Numbered from the stretch's first letter, positions 29,411 through 40,473 are shown. The stretch is DNA of 64,000 bases from Coleofasciculus sp. B1-GNL1-01 (GCA_040220235.1 JAVJTO010000059.1), one strand, 5' to 3'. The notes: generated by a model from the sequence alone, not told the origin. Made by a program: numbers and translations.

Positions 29411-30751
29411 ATGTGGCAGCGGCTCATTTCCATTAAAGGCGAAGATACATCGCTCTGGCAGCGATTGACAAAAAATTTTTCTATCAGCTTGGGTGGATCG
29501 GTGGCTACGATATGCATCAGGTTGCTACAGACTGCTCTTTTGAGCAAATCTTTAGCGATCTCTGACTACGGAAAAGTGCTGATTGTCATTCACCTGTTTA
29601 GCTTCTTGGAAAATTTTTTGGGTGTACGTGTAAATGATATAATATACAGGTTTTATCCTCAGTTCCGTCAGCATCAGGATACCAGTGCCTTAGGGGGACT
29701 GCTTTTTCTCTGCCTCGCTCTGAGCCTAGTCGTTGGTTTCGCGATCGCAGGTGGAATATTTATTCTATCTCCATGGATTGCCCAACACTTCTACGCAGAT
29801 GCTGATCTGGCTTTGCCTTTTCGTATCTATGCTAGTACAGCTTTGATTGCCGCTTTTAGCGGATTTTACACTTCGATCCTCAGGCTGCATGACGATTTCG
29901 CCGCTATTGTCATTCCCCAAACTCTAGGTGCTGCAATGATGCTTGCGGTGTTAGGTATTTATTTGTATAGTACAGACAACTATCGCCTGGAATTTGTGGT
30001 AACTGCTTGTGCATTGGGTGTCTTCATCCAGACAGTGCTTCCTTTCGTTAAAGCCATGGGGGTTGTTCGTCCCTACCTATTCTCAATCTCCCCCATGACA
30101 CTTTTCCGTGCCTTGCAACCCTATCGCCGTGAACTAGTCTCGACGCTTTTTCAAACTAACTTGATTGGATATCTCAAACTGGCATCGGACTCGGGTGGTC
30201 TTTTTCTACTGGGAATTTTGGCATCACCCCAGCAGGTAGCCCTTTATGGTATCGCTCAACAGTTGACCAAACCGTTATTGATACTCCAAAACAATATTCA
30301 AACGGCGATCACACCCGAAGTGACCTCACTTTTAGCAAAAGGGAAGGTTGAACAACTCTATAGGTTGGTCAAGGGTTTTGTCTCCTTAGCACTAATCATA
30401 GGCGGTATAGCTGTGATATTTGCTCTTTTACTAAGTCAGTCTGTTATTCTGTGGATTACCCAGCCCCAATACTTAGAAGCACTTCCTACGTTTTCTGTTC
30501 TGATCATTGCTGTATATCTCACTTGTATATCGTTAATTTTTTATCCCCTTGCAGTAAGTCTTGACCAATTGCAAAAACGCAACCTGGTAGTCGCGATGAA
30601 ATTGCTGTATCTGGGGGTTGCTGTTAGTATAGGTTTGAATGCTGTTCGTCTTAGTTTTGTGCAACTAATTGGCGCATTAAGCACGAGATTACTGGTTGAT
30701 ATCCCCTTACTCATAAGGTTAAGAAAAATGACCAAAATTTCTCATAATTAG
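29411..30751 (+). CDS. Wzx-type polysaccharide flippase
   Basis: About 12 TM segments; L...DYG and VALYGIA motifs; first gene of the GT cluster. Confidence 0.85.
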   Translation: MWQRLISIKGEDTSLWQRLTKNFSISLGGSVATICIRLLQTALLSKSLAISDYGKVLIVIHLFSFLENFLGVRVNDIIYRFYPQFRQHQDTSALGGLLFLCLALSLVVGFAIAGGIFILSPWIAQHFYADADLALPFRIYASTALIAAFSGFYTSILRLHDDFAAIVIPQTLGAAMMLAVLGIYLYSTDNYRLEFVVTACALGVFIQTVLPFVKAMGVVRPYLFSISPMTLFRALQPYRRELVSTLFQTNLIGYLKLASDSGGLFLLGILASPQQVALYGIAQQLTKPLLILQNNIQTAITPEVTSLLAKGKVEQLYRLVKGFVSLALIIGGIAVIFALLLSQSVILWITQPQYLEALPTFSVLIIAVYLTCISLIFYPLAVSLDQLQKRNLVVAMKLLYLGVAVSIGLNAVRLSFVQLIGALSTRLLVDIPLLIRLRKMTKISHN

Positions 30752-30777
30752 ATTTTTAAACTTAAACAATTTAACTT

Positions 30778-31647
30778 ATGGTTTTAGATAAAATAGCTCT
30801 CAAATACTTAACGTTGCAAAGACGGTTGGCAATAAGGAAAATGAATAATGATACCGATAAACCTATTCAATTAATAAATGAGTACCTAAACCTAACTACA
30901 AACAACCCTGAATATATCAATCAAGTTGTATTAGAGGTTTTAGAACATTCAACTAAAGAGTTGAGTAATAACTTAATTTATAAATCAGACTATAACGATT
31001 TCAAAAAGGAAATAAACACAAAATTAAAAATATTCACAAACAAACCTTATCAGCTAGGAGCTATAGACATAGAGATAGATGCAATAGCTCATTCTCTGGC
31101 TCAATTCGAGCAACCAGATGTTCTTGAAATCGGAGTGGCTAATGGATATTCATCAGCATTTTTATACTATGTATTGGACAAAATTGGTGGAAGTATAACA
31201 TCCCTTGACTTGCCTCGTTTTTCTTCTTCCTTATCTCGACCTAGGGACTGGATTCGTACAGGCTTAGCCAGTAAAGGAAAAATTAAGAACACCGGTACTC
31301 TGGGGGATCTCAATCCAGGAGGAGTCATTCCAGCGGAAAAGTATGGGGGTTGGCTGATACCGATGCACCTGCGGACAAGTGTCAAGAATACGACAATTTA
31401 TGGTGATGCTTTGATAATTCTGAAAAATTTACCTGGAGAGCGATTTGATTTTGCCGTTCTAGATGCCATGAAAGGCTATGAGTCGCGGATGAAAATCATG
31501 GAAATGATTTGGGAGCGTTTGCGTGCAAATAGTCTAGCTTTTGTTGATGGTTATTGGGTTAATTCCGCTTTTGAAGATTTTTGTAACTTACATCATTTAC
31601 CTTCATGCAAATTGGGGCGTGTTGGTGTTTTTGTAAAAACGATTTAA
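30778..31647 (+). CDS. Class I SAM-dependent methyltransferase
   Basis: VLEIGVANGYSS, SLDLP, FDFAVLDA. Confidence 0.8.
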   Translation: MVLDKIALKYLTLQRRLAIRKMNNDTDKPIQLINEYLNLTTNNPEYINQVVLEVLEHSTKELSNNLIYKSDYNDFKKEINTKLKIFTNKPYQLGAIDIEIDAIAHSLAQFEQPDVLEIGVANGYSSAFLYYVLDKIGGSITSLDLPRFSSSLSRPRDWIRTGLASKGKIKNTGTLGDLNPGGVIPAEKYGGWLIPMHLRTSVKNTTIYGDALIILKNLPGERFDFAVLDAMKGYESRMKIMEMIWERLRANSLAFVDGYWVNSAFEDFCNLHHLPSCKLGRVGVFVKTI

Positions 31648-31680
31648 TTAAAAATATATTTATAAAAGGAGGATATAAAC

Positions 31681-33129
31681 ATGAAAATGCTAGTTGTTGG
31701 TATTGATGGGGGCGATCAAAAAATTTTAAAATCAATGAATATGCCAAGTTTAAAGGCGATTTTAAATGAGCAAATATGTTTAGAACTAGAAGAAGATTTA
31801 TGGAGTCGAGGTTGGGCTGAGATTTTGAGTGGTATACATGGAAGAGAAACGGGCGCATTCTATTCTAAGCCTAAACTGGATGGTTCTCATGACTTTACCA
31901 AAAGTTTTAGCACAAACGATTACAATAATAACGATTTAATAGTACCATTATGGACGAAGCTGTTAAAGTTTGGTCACAAAGTAGGTTTTATGAATGTGCC
32001 AACAACAATGCCAGCCCCAGATGTAGACGGTTTTTTCATTGCTGGGGCTAGTGGTGGTTCTAAGGTGAGTGGTGCTTCTAAGATTCCCGCAGGTGTATGT
32101 TTTCCTCCAGAAAGTTTGGATGATTTAATCCAACATCAATATATATTAGATACACGATTTATATCATCTGGGATTCGAGACGTAGAAACCTTTTTCAATC
32201 GTCTTGCCGCCATGCAGACAAATAGAACGAATGCCTTCATACAATTATCCCAAAAATACCAGCCTGAATTTGGTTTTCTCGCCTATAGAGCCACTACTGT
32301 AGTTCAATATATAGTCATGAGTGAGATTGAATCCCTGATGGCAAACCCAGATTCACCTCAGACCAAAATTCAAAAAAGAATACATGAACTCTACCAAGAT
32401 CTCGATCAGTGCATCTACAATTTACTAGACCAACTACAGCCAGAGTATATTATAGTGGTATCTGATCACGGCGCTTCTCCTCGCTTTGCAACAGTGAATA
32501 TGAATGTATTTCTACAAGAAATGGATATGCAGAAACCGCTGCCTAGTTCAGTTAAAACGACTCGCCGCCTGGTGAAACAGTTGGCTCAGCTAGTTCCTCG
32601 TCAAGTTCGGCGAAATATTACTCAGTCTGTTCCCCAAGTGCGAAGTATTTCCCAGCCAGCCATTGATTGGAGCCAAACACGAGCGTTTGGAGCTCGCTAC
32701 GTTAGCGGAGTTTATATCAATGATAGGGAAAGATTTGCAGGTACAGTGGGTGACAGCGAGGTTAATCAAGTCACTCAACAGATAATCGAAGCGTTCAACG
32801 CAACTGAAGCAGCGACAAAGCATAGACTCTATGCACGTCCCTATCGCCAAAATTATCGCTCAGCTAAGTTTGCCGACTTACTTCCCGACATCTGGATTGA
32901 CCATCCTGATTCAATTTTCTTTGAAGAAAAAGGTCAATTTGTGGAAACCAACGAAGACTATAAACCCATCGAAACTCTCCGTCAAGTAACTCGCGACCAA
33001 TATACAGGAGCTAAGGGAAGACATCCGCTTCTGTGTATTAATCCAGAACTTTACCGCTATGTGGAAGACGGCGATCCTTGGGATCTAACCCTAGTCTATA
33101 AAATAATCGAGAGAGCAATGGCGCAGTGA
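31681..33129 (+). CDS. Alkaline-phosphatase-superfamily protein (nucleotide pyrophosphatase/phosphodiesterase-like)
   Basis: VVGIDG, W..I.SG, NVPTT.P, VVSDHG; AGGAGG RBS. Confidence 0.82.
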   Translation: MKMLVVGIDGGDQKILKSMNMPSLKAILNEQICLELEEDLWSRGWAEILSGIHGRETGAFYSKPKLDGSHDFTKSFSTNDYNNNDLIVPLWTKLLKFGHKVGFMNVPTTMPAPDVDGFFIAGASGGSKVSGASKIPAGVCFPPESLDDLIQHQYILDTRFISSGIRDVETFFNRLAAMQTNRTNAFIQLSQKYQPEFGFLAYRATTVVQYIVMSEIESLMANPDSPQTKIQKRIHELYQDLDQCIYNLLDQLQPEYIIVVSDHGASPRFATVNMNVFLQEMDMQKPLPSSVKTTRRLVKQLAQLVPRQVRRNITQSVPQVRSISQPAIDWSQTRAFGARYVSGVYINDRERFAGTVGDSEVNQVTQQIIEAFNATEAATKHRLYARPYRQNYRSAKFADLLPDIWIDHPDSIFFEEKGQFVETNEDYKPIETLRQVTRDQYTGAKGRHPLLCINPELYRYVEDGDPWDLTLVYKIIERAMAQ

Positions 33130-34268
33130 AAATAGGCATTCTTACGTTTCATAGATCAGTCAATGATGGTGCAGTCTTACAGGCGTATTGTCTTCAGCAA
33201 TTATTACAGGCGCAGTTTCCCCAAGCCAGCGTCGAACTGATCGATTATCGTCCTTGGACGTTAGAGAGAATTGAGTACCGTAAACTTTTTAGGCGACGCT
33301 TTCCATTCATCAATCGGTATAAATGGGCTCAACGCAGGAGTTTGCAGGAATTTTTGCACCAATACTGCACTTTATCACTAGCATCTTGTACGACCAATAC
33401 TCTACAAAAGGTACAGAATTTTATTCTAAACCAAGAGTATGATGGGATTGTGGTGGGAAGTGATGTGGTCTGGCAAATTCGAGATCAGGGGCTAATTCCG
33501 CCAGTTCCTAATATTTTTTGGCTAACGGGCTTACAGGGGATGAAAAAATTAGCCTTTGCTGTGTCTGCTGATAAATCCGAAAAATTATCTTGGCAGCTAA
33601 AACATAATCAGGAACAGTTACTCTCAAGTCTGGAGGATTTCCATTGGATATCTGTCAGAGACGAGGCAACACGACAGATGCTTTTGAAGCTAGGGTTGGC
33701 GGAAACACAAGTTTCATATATGCCTGATCCAACAATTTTGTGGGACTTTTCATCTATTGTTGATACACCTCAAGAATTTGAACAATTTCCGGGACAATTA
33801 GCTGGTGTTGCTGTTGGCTCAAGTTTTATCAGGAAAAAGCTAACTCAGATAATCCTGGCAAAAGGTTATCACGTCATCAATCTCTTAGGAGCTAGAGTCA
33901 AAGGGCAAATCTCACTGCCTCTTCACTATTCTTTAAATCAGAGATTGGGGATTTATTCGTTACTTGACTTGATGGTGACCGATCGATTTCATGGTAGTAT
34001 CTTTACCCTTAAACTGGGACATGCTCCTTTAATTTTTCTGGAAGTTGCCGAAAAGTATCCTGATTGTTATAGCAAAGGTCGCGATTTACTTCGCCGGATC
34101 GGGGGTGAAGCAATGGTTTGGCGAACTGAGAGTCGAGATATTGGCGATAATCTAGATTATTATTTAGCTAGATGGCATGAATTATTCCCTGATATTAAAA
34201 GCGGCTTGGGTGCGATTAGCCAGTCAAATTTCAAAGATCTTGAGCAAATCAGCAAAATTTTAGATTGA
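33126..34268 (+). CDS. Polysaccharide pyruvyl transferase
   Basis: IGILTFH..N.GA.LQAY, VGSDVVW, ISVRD, PDPT, TDRFHG. Confidence 0.9.
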   Translation: MKIGILTFHRSVNDGAVLQAYCLQQLLQAQFPQASVELIDYRPWTLERIEYRKLFRRRFPFINRYKWAQRRSLQEFLHQYCTLSLASCTTNTLQKVQNFILNQEYDGIVVGSDVVWQIRDQGLIPPVPNIFWLTGLQGMKKLAFAVSADKSEKLSWQLKHNQEQLLSSLEDFHWISVRDEATRQMLLKLGLAETQVSYMPDPTILWDFSSIVDTPQEFEQFPGQLAGVAVGSSFIRKKLTQIILAKGYHVINLLGARVKGQISLPLHYSLNQRLGIYSLLDLMVTDRFHGSIFTLKLGHAPLIFLEVAEKYPDCYSKGRDLLRRIGGEAMVWRTESRDIGDNLDYYLARWHELFPDIKSGLGAISQSNFKDLEQISKILD

Positions 34269-34284
34269 GGTTATTTCAATTTAT

Positions 34285-34992
34285 ATGGATAATTTTTTTA
34301 ATTTAGTCGTTCCTGATTGTGCTGTTAAATATATTCTGTTACAACGCACAGAATTACAGATATATTTTAGGATTTTAAAAAAATTTAGGTTCCTGTACTA
34401 TACATATTTTATTCCTATAGAAGCCTATTTAATGCGTCAACAAATTAAGGAAAAGTTTGCTTTAAAATTATTAGAAGAGTATCAAATTATGAAGCCATAC
34501 CTACCTACCCAGGCATTAAGAATAGTAGACATCGGTAGTGGGATCGCTGGCATTGATGTTTTTCTTTACCATCATTATCGCCATTCTATACCGAAACTAG
34601 ATTTGTTTTTATTAGATCAAACAGAAACGAATAAAAATATTTACTATGGTTTCCATCAGCAAGCGTCTTATTATAATTCACTTGAGGTAGCAAAATTAAT
34701 GCTGATGTCAAATAAAATTAACGAAAAAAACATTCGTCTCATCAGCGTAAATTCTTACTATGAGATTGAGTGCAGCAGTGCTGATTTAATCATTTCGCTT
34801 ATTTCTTGGGGATATCATTACCCTGTTTCTACCTATCTTGAACAAGTGTATCAATGGTTAAAACCGGGTGGAATACTCATCTTAGATGTAAGAAAAGGTT
34901 CAGACGGAGAAAACGAACTAAAACAAAAATTCCCAGAAAAATACTTAATTATGCAGGACAAAAAAAGGCGTAGATTATTACTCATTAAATAA
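34285..34992 (+). CDS. Class I SAM-dependent methyltransferase
   Basis: IVDIGSGIAG, SWGYHYP, LKPGG. Confidence 0.8.
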   Translation: MDNFFNLVVPDCAVKYILLQRTELQIYFRILKKFRFLYYTYFIPIEAYLMRQQIKEKFALKLLEEYQIMKPYLPTQALRIVDIGSGIAGIDVFLYHHYRHSIPKLDLFLLDQTETNKNIYYGFHQQASYYNSLEVAKLMLMSNKINEKNIRLISVNSYYEIECSSADLIISLISWGYHYPVSTYLEQVYQWLKPGGILILDVRKGSDGENELKQKFPEKYLIMQDKKRRRLLLIK

Positions 34993-35000
34993 TAAAAATT

Positions 35001-36158
35001 ATGAAGAAGCAGGGATCGGGGCTTGTGCAGACGAGTGACGGGCAAGATGAAGTTTTTTTTCATCAAGGGAAAATAGCCATCTTTCTCCCTTCTCTCCGGG
35101 GTGGTGGCGTGGAAAGAGCCATGTTGACCTTAGCAAAGGGTTTAGCCGAACGAGGCTTAAATATAGATTTAGTCTTAGCTCAAGCGGAAGGACCTTATCT
35201 GGCTCAAGTGCCACCAGAGTTAAATATAGTCAACCTTCAGGCTCCGCGAGTGCTGTCTAGCCTTCCTAACTTGATTCACTACTTACGGCAAGAACGCCCA
35301 ATAGTGCTTCTTTCTGCAATGGATCATGCCAATATAGTGGCTCTTTGGGCAAGATATTTATCTGGAGTATCTAAAAGATTGGTCGTAACCACACACAATA
35401 CCCTGTCGCTTTCCATCAAGAATAGTTCTAACCGCACAAGTCAATTGATGCCCTTCTTAATACGCCACTTCTATCCGTGGGCTGATGAAATTGTTGCCGT
35501 ATCGAAAGGAGTAGCGGATGACTTAACATTGACTACAGGCTTGCCTCGTGAAAAGATACAGGTAATTTATAACCCAGTCGTAACGCCGGACATGTTGAAG
35601 GAAGCCCAAACCCCTTTGGCTCATCCTTGGTTTGCATCTGGAGAGCCTCCAGTCATTCTGGCAGTAGGGAGACTGACAAAGCAAAAAGATTTTCCCACCT
35701 TGATCAGAGCCTTTTCGTTGGTGCAACAGCAGTACAAAGCGCGGCTCATGATTTTGGGTGAAGGGGAAGAACGCCCCCTATTAAACCGATTGATCCAAGA
35801 GCTGGGCTTGGAGAATGGAGTCATTATGCCAGGGTTTGTGAGCAACCCTTATGCTTATATGTCCAGAGCAGCCGTATTTGTCCTGTCTTCAGCTTGGGAA
35901 GGGTTAGGTATAGTTTTAATTGAAGCCTTAGCTGTAGGAACTCCTGTAGTCTCTACGAATTGCCAAAGTGGACCATCAGAGATTTTAGATAATGGTAAGT
36001 ACGGGCGATTAATACCAGTTGGAGATATACAGGCAATGGCAAAAGCCATTTTAAATACTTTACAAAATCTCCCACCGCCTGATTTTTTGCAAAATAGAGC
36101 CAATGAATTTTCTTTAGAAAATAGTTTGAGGAAATATTTTGAATTAATCAAAAATTAG
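35001..36158 (+). CDS. GT4 glycosyltransferase
   Basis: GGGVER, IYNP, GRL..QKDF, EG.G.VLIEA. Confidence 0.92.
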   Translation: MKKQGSGLVQTSDGQDEVFFHQGKIAIFLPSLRGGGVERAMLTLAKGLAERGLNIDLVLAQAEGPYLAQVPPELNIVNLQAPRVLSSLPNLIHYLRQERPIVLLSAMDHANIVALWARYLSGVSKRLVVTTHNTLSLSIKNSSNRTSQLMPFLIRHFYPWADEIVAVSKGVADDLTLTTGLPREKIQVIYNPVVTPDMLKEAQTPLAHPWFASGEPPVILAVGRLTKQKDFPTLIRAFSLVQQQYKARLMILGEGEERPLLNRLIQELGLENGVIMPGFVSNPYAYMSRAAVFVLSSAWEGLGIVLIEALAVGTPVVSTNCQSGPSEILDNGKYGRLIPVGDIQAMAKAILNTLQNLPPPDFLQNRANEFSLENSLRKYFELIKN

Positions 36159-36250
36159 TTTATTTTTACGCTAGAGACAATTAGGTTTTTCTGTCAATCA
36201 TATAAATAAATAATTTACCGACAATTGGTCTATCTTATTTATCAGTATCA

Positions 36251-38842
36251 ATGTTAGACACAATGGGATGCTTCAGCTTAATTTTTGTAGCCATTACCAC
36301 AGTATTCATTTCATACAGATTCACCAAAATTAAAGTCCCGTTACTTGTTGGATTTTTGACTCGTGCATCACTTGCATTGGTTATCGTATACTTGTCGTTT
36401 CAGGGGAACAACTTTTTGGAAGACGATGGATTTCAACGGTTAGCTGAATTTTGGTCAATTTCAGGTTTTCCAGGTGTTTTAGAGTATTTCCGAACCGGAG
36501 CATTTATGTATGCTTGGTTCATGGCTACTTTATATATAATTACTGATAGCACCAGTTCTTTAATGATTCAGGCAATTAATGTATTGCTGGGAACTTTATT
36601 AATTCTTAATGTCTACCTGATTACTAAAATTGTTTGGAGTGAACGTCCTGCCATCTGGGCAGCATGGGTTTGTGCCTTATTTCCTACTTTATCACTTTAT
36701 TCGGCATGGAGAGTTCGAGAAGCTCTTTTAACTTACTTGTTCACATTAAGTATCTACCACTTTTTAGTCTGGCTAAAGCGGGGTAAGGCTCAATCATTTG
36801 TTATCGGTTTCTCTGTCATGGTTCTGGCTTCAGTGCTACATACAGCCTTCTTTGCTGGAATCGTTCTTTACGCTGGCTTTCCCATTTTTTATTCTGCCAA
36901 AGCTTTTCTCAAAAAGAGGGGAGGTCGTCTTATCGGCAATACCCTGATTGCTTTAATTGCGATAGGAGGTCTGGGATTAGTGATATGGTCAGGAGTAGCA
37001 TTTGGGAAAATACAGGATTTAATTCAGTCGGGAGATTTAGCTATAATAGCTCACAAACAAGAATCTAGAGCCTTAGCTGGTCGGGCAGGTTATCTGCCCG
37101 ATTTAGTTATTCGCTCACCCACAGATTTTTTCTGGCAAGTTCCCCTGCGACTTGTTTATTTAATTCTTACTCCTTTTCCCTGGATGGTGAGTAATACAAA
37201 AGATATTATTGGGCTAATTGATGTTGGGATTTATACCTGCTTTATTTTATTAATTGTTAAAAATGGCAATCGATTAAAACGAAGCAATCTGGCTTGGTGT
37301 GTACTCATTTTCTGTTTAGGCATAGCTTGTGTATTTGCTTTGGGAACGTCTAACTACGGGACAGCAATGCGTCATCGCTCTAAGGTTGCGCCTTTATTGA
37401 TTGTATTAAGTGCTGGTTTTATATCTCAAAAAGAGGCAACCCAGCAGCCGTCTCCCTACAATAATTTAACTTCTTGGTCAATGACCCCAGGATTCTATGT
37501 TCAGGATCAACTCCCCTCTGTTTCTACGCAAGGTAACTACAGTGGGGTTCAGACTAATCTTCCTTCTCAACAGACAGCTTATCAGGTAGTCTTAACCCAG
37601 ATCCATCAGTTGCTTACCCCTGCGGTCTTTAACCAACACGCTTACTATTACTCACTAGGAGGAAAAGGACGAATTCTAACCCTGCCTCTGATGACGGCAG
37701 CCGGATTATTTTTATTATGGCGAAATGTTTATTCCGTACAGAAACTGGTTAAGTTTTTAGCCCAAAACGATTTACTCTGGTGTCGAGAATTTAGCCTATC
37801 TCAAAGAGAACGTATAAACCGAATTTTATTGATGCCTGCTGAACTATTGCAGCGTGTATTTAAAGATATATCGCCTCAGTTAATCCAGCGATGCTATAAA
37901 CGAAAAAAACGTCCTTTACCGCCGACAATTTCTCTGGGTCGTCAGCATTTTGCACGAATTTGGTCAGTTGATCGCTCTACCTTAGAATTCTTGGGATCTA
38001 AACTCAATACTACTCAGCCTCGGTCTAATATGCAATCATCAGAAACTATCTGCACGGTGGTCGATCTACCCACTCGAATACCCATTAAAGTATGGTTTTC
38101 TCCCACAATTAAAGTTGACGACACCAATCTTACTCAAAAATTGCTCAATCTAGTTCCAGCAAAAACCTTACTGATTCTTGATCGAGGTTTTAATCATGTC
38201 CAGGTTTTGAGTGGTTTAATGGCGAAACAGATAAATTTTATTACTAGGCTTAGATCTCATAAATTATTTCAGGTCGAACAAGTTTTGACTTCAACCTATC
38301 GCGTGAAAGATCAAATCATTTCTATTAAAAGTAGTCAAACGCTGACGTCTCACCTCAAACTGCGCCTAGTACAAATCCGCCATAACCAGCATTGGTATAC
38401 TTTTCTCACGTCTGTATTAGACCCGACTATCTTACCCCCCTATGTTGTCGCTGATCTTCATCGACGAAGATGGCGACTGGAGAATGTGTTGCAAATCGTT
38501 CAACAGCTATTAGGATTGAATTACTTGTGGACAGGTACAATGAATGGTATACAAGTACAAATCTGGGCGAGTTGGTTGTTTTACTCAGTACTAGCGGACT
38601 TAGGAGATGCCATTGCTAATGAATTAGGGATTCCGTTTGAGCGTATTTCTCTGAAAAAAGTTTTTTGGGGACTTAACCGCTTTAACCAAGCTTATGCCGA
38701 AGGTAAGACCATTAACCCCGTTGTATATTTTGTGACTGATATCCATCCAGATTTCACTGTTGTTAAGCCGATGAGCCAGCCGACTCCCATTATTGATTTA
38801 TCTCCTTACCCTACGAGCTTTACGAGACGACAATCTTCTTGA
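36251..38842 (+). CDS. Wzy-like multi-pass membrane protein fused in frame to a degenerate IS4-family transposase
   Basis: aa ~1-392: ~10 TM segments with SNYGTAMRHR. aa ~445-855: LLTPA..RILTLPLM, IWSVD, LILDRGF, FITRL, LTSVLDP..LPPYVVADL..RW..E, LGL.YLWTG. Confidence 0.85.
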   Translation: MLDTMGCFSLIFVAITTVFISYRFTKIKVPLLVGFLTRASLALVIVYLSFQGNNFLEDDGFQRLAEFWSISGFPGVLEYFRTGAFMYAWFMATLYIITDSTSSLMIQAINVLLGTLLILNVYLITKIVWSERPAIWAAWVCALFPTLSLYSAWRVREALLTYLFTLSIYHFLVWLKRGKAQSFVIGFSVMVLASVLHTAFFAGIVLYAGFPIFYSAKAFLKKRGGRLIGNTLIALIAIGGLGLVIWSGVAFGKIQDLIQSGDLAIIAHKQESRALAGRAGYLPDLVIRSPTDFFWQVPLRLVYLILTPFPWMVSNTKDIIGLIDVGIYTCFILLIVKNGNRLKRSNLAWCVLIFCLGIACVFALGTSNYGTAMRHRSKVAPLLIVLSAGFISQKEATQQPSPYNNLTSWSMTPGFYVQDQLPSVSTQGNYSGVQTNLPSQQTAYQVVLTQIHQLLTPAVFNQHAYYYSLGGKGRILTLPLMTAAGLFLLWRNVYSVQKLVKFLAQNDLLWCREFSLSQRERINRILLMPAELLQRVFKDISPQLIQRCYKRKKRPLPPTISLGRQHFARIWSVDRSTLEFLGSKLNTTQPRSNMQSSETICTVVDLPTRIPIKVWFSPTIKVDDTNLTQKLLNLVPAKTLLILDRGFNHVQVLSGLMAKQINFITRLRSHKLFQVEQVLTSTYRVKDQIISIKSSQTLTSHLKLRLVQIRHNQHWYTFLTSVLDPTILPPYVVADLHRRRWRLENVLQIVQQLLGLNYLWTGTMNGIQVQIWASWLFYSVLADLGDAIANELGIPFERISLKKVFWGLNRFNQAYAEGKTINPVVYFVTDIHPDFTVVKPMSQPTPIIDLSPYPTSFTRRQSS

Positions 38843-38877
38843 ATGATCACCTTTACCCTTTATTTTAAAATGAACAG

Positions 38878-39711
38878 ATGAATTCATCCAACCTCAGTGT
38901 AGTCACAACCGTCTATAATGGTGAAATCTACTTCAATCGCGCTGTGCCTAGTATTTTACAGCAAACTTATACCAATTTTGAATTTATTATTGCCGATGAT
39001 GGCTCAACTGACTGTACCGCCCAACAACTTAGAGAACTCACTCAAAACGATCAACGTGTGCGTGTCCTGAGTCCTGGACGATTAGGACGCAGCCAAGCCC
39101 TTAACTATGCAATTGAACAGACTCAAGCAGACTATATTGCTATTCAAGACTTTGATGATATCAGTTATCCTGAACGTTTACGTTTACAGGTCGAGTTTTT
39201 AGAGGCGCATCCTGATGTCGGGTTAGTCGCTTGTCACTACGTTTTAGTAGATGATAATCGCCAAGAACAGTATATCCGAATGCCCGCTACAGAACATCAG
39301 CAACTGGTTAGGACAATGGCTAAGTGTGTTCCCTTTGCTCATACCCTGGTTACCTATAGAAGAAAAGCCTGGATGCAAGCTGGAGGATATCCAGATGTAG
39401 ATAGTATGGTTGATCTTCACTTATGGATTGCCTTTGTCCGTCTGGGTTGGCGACTCGCAACTATTCCTCAAGTCCTCGGTGAACATTGGGTACATCCCAA
39501 CAGTTTTTGGCATCAACAGTTTAACTATATAAAACAGCAACAAAAATTAGCCCAAATCCAATGGCAGGCTATTCAAGACCTTAGTTTACCATTATGGATG
39601 GGAGTGTATCCTCTTGGTCGATACTTATATTCCTATATGCCCAAAACCCTCAAGCGATATGTTCGACGTACTTTGGCTCAATCTAAAGAAGAAGATATGG
39701 CAAAGCGATAG
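38878..39711 (+). CDS. GT2 glycosyltransferase
   Basis: YNGE, DDGSTD, DFDD..PERL. Confidence 0.92.
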   Translation: MNSSNLSVVTTVYNGEIYFNRAVPSILQQTYTNFEFIIADDGSTDCTAQQLRELTQNDQRVRVLSPGRLGRSQALNYAIEQTQADYIAIQDFDDISYPERLRLQVEFLEAHPDVGLVACHYVLVDDNRQEQYIRMPATEHQQLVRTMAKCVPFAHTLVTYRRKAWMQAGGYPDVDSMVDLHLWIAFVRLGWRLATIPQVLGEHWVHPNSFWHQQFNYIKQQQKLAQIQWQAIQDLSLPLWMGVYPLGRYLYSYMPKTLKRYVRRTLAQSKEEDMAKR

Positions 39712-39753
39712 AGTGCTATTGACCCGATTAATCCACGAATTACTGCTGCAAAA

Positions 39754-40473
39754 ATGCCAGATATTATTCCTCACCTGAACTACGAACTCAAAACGTATCA
39801 GTCTCAGCGCATTCATCAGGCGATGCTTCAGGCAATATGTTCCTTAGTTCGTCTAGTTTTAGAACAAACAAATCAGCCGTCTATGAGTATCCTAGATGTA
39901 GGATGTGGACGGGGAGAACTATTACAATCTCTTGTTCAAATTCCCCAGGTTTCAGCTCAAGGCATTGATCTCGATCCTACCTGTATTGAACTATCCCGTC
40001 AATTTGCATCTTGTCGTGTAGGTTCAGTTGAAGCGTTAGATCAATATTACTCTCCGGACAGCTTCGATCTCGTCATTGCCTCTCATGTTCTAGAACACGT
40101 CCCTAACCCCACTCTCGCACTTTTACAGCTAGCTTCAGTGAGTCGGAATTGGGTATTAATTGCTCTTCCTAATCCTGTTAGACCCTCTAGACTGCTTCAA
40201 TACTTAAAGGGTAAACTTTATGCCGATCATCCGACTCATTGTCAAGTTTGGGACCCTGGTCATCTCGCGAACTTTATTGAGACATTTGGTCATTTAAAAG
40301 TTTATCAGTGGCAGCCCGATATTGTAACTGTCATTCCCGGACAATTGTTGTCTGTGCCATTATTACGTTTTATTCTAAAACCTTTCAGTATCGCAGAAAC
40401 GACACTGTTAACTGGGTTATTCCCTTTATTTTCATCAAGTCTAATTGTGCTAGCAACCAAACACCGTGATTAG
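39754..40473 (+). CDS. Class I SAM-dependent methyltransferase
   Basis: ILDVGCGRG, FDLV..HVLEHV. Confidence 0.88.
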   Translation: MPDIIPHLNYELKTYQSQRIHQAMLQAICSLVRLVLEQTNQPSMSILDVGCGRGELLQSLVQIPQVSAQGIDLDPTCIELSRQFASCRVGSVEALDQYYSPDSFDLVIASHVLEHVPNPTLALLQLASVSRNWVLIALPNPVRPSRLLQYLKGKLYADHPTHCQVWDPGHLANFIETFGHLKVYQWQPDIVTVIPGQLLSVPLLRFILKPFSIAETTLLTGLFPLFSSSLIVLATKHRD

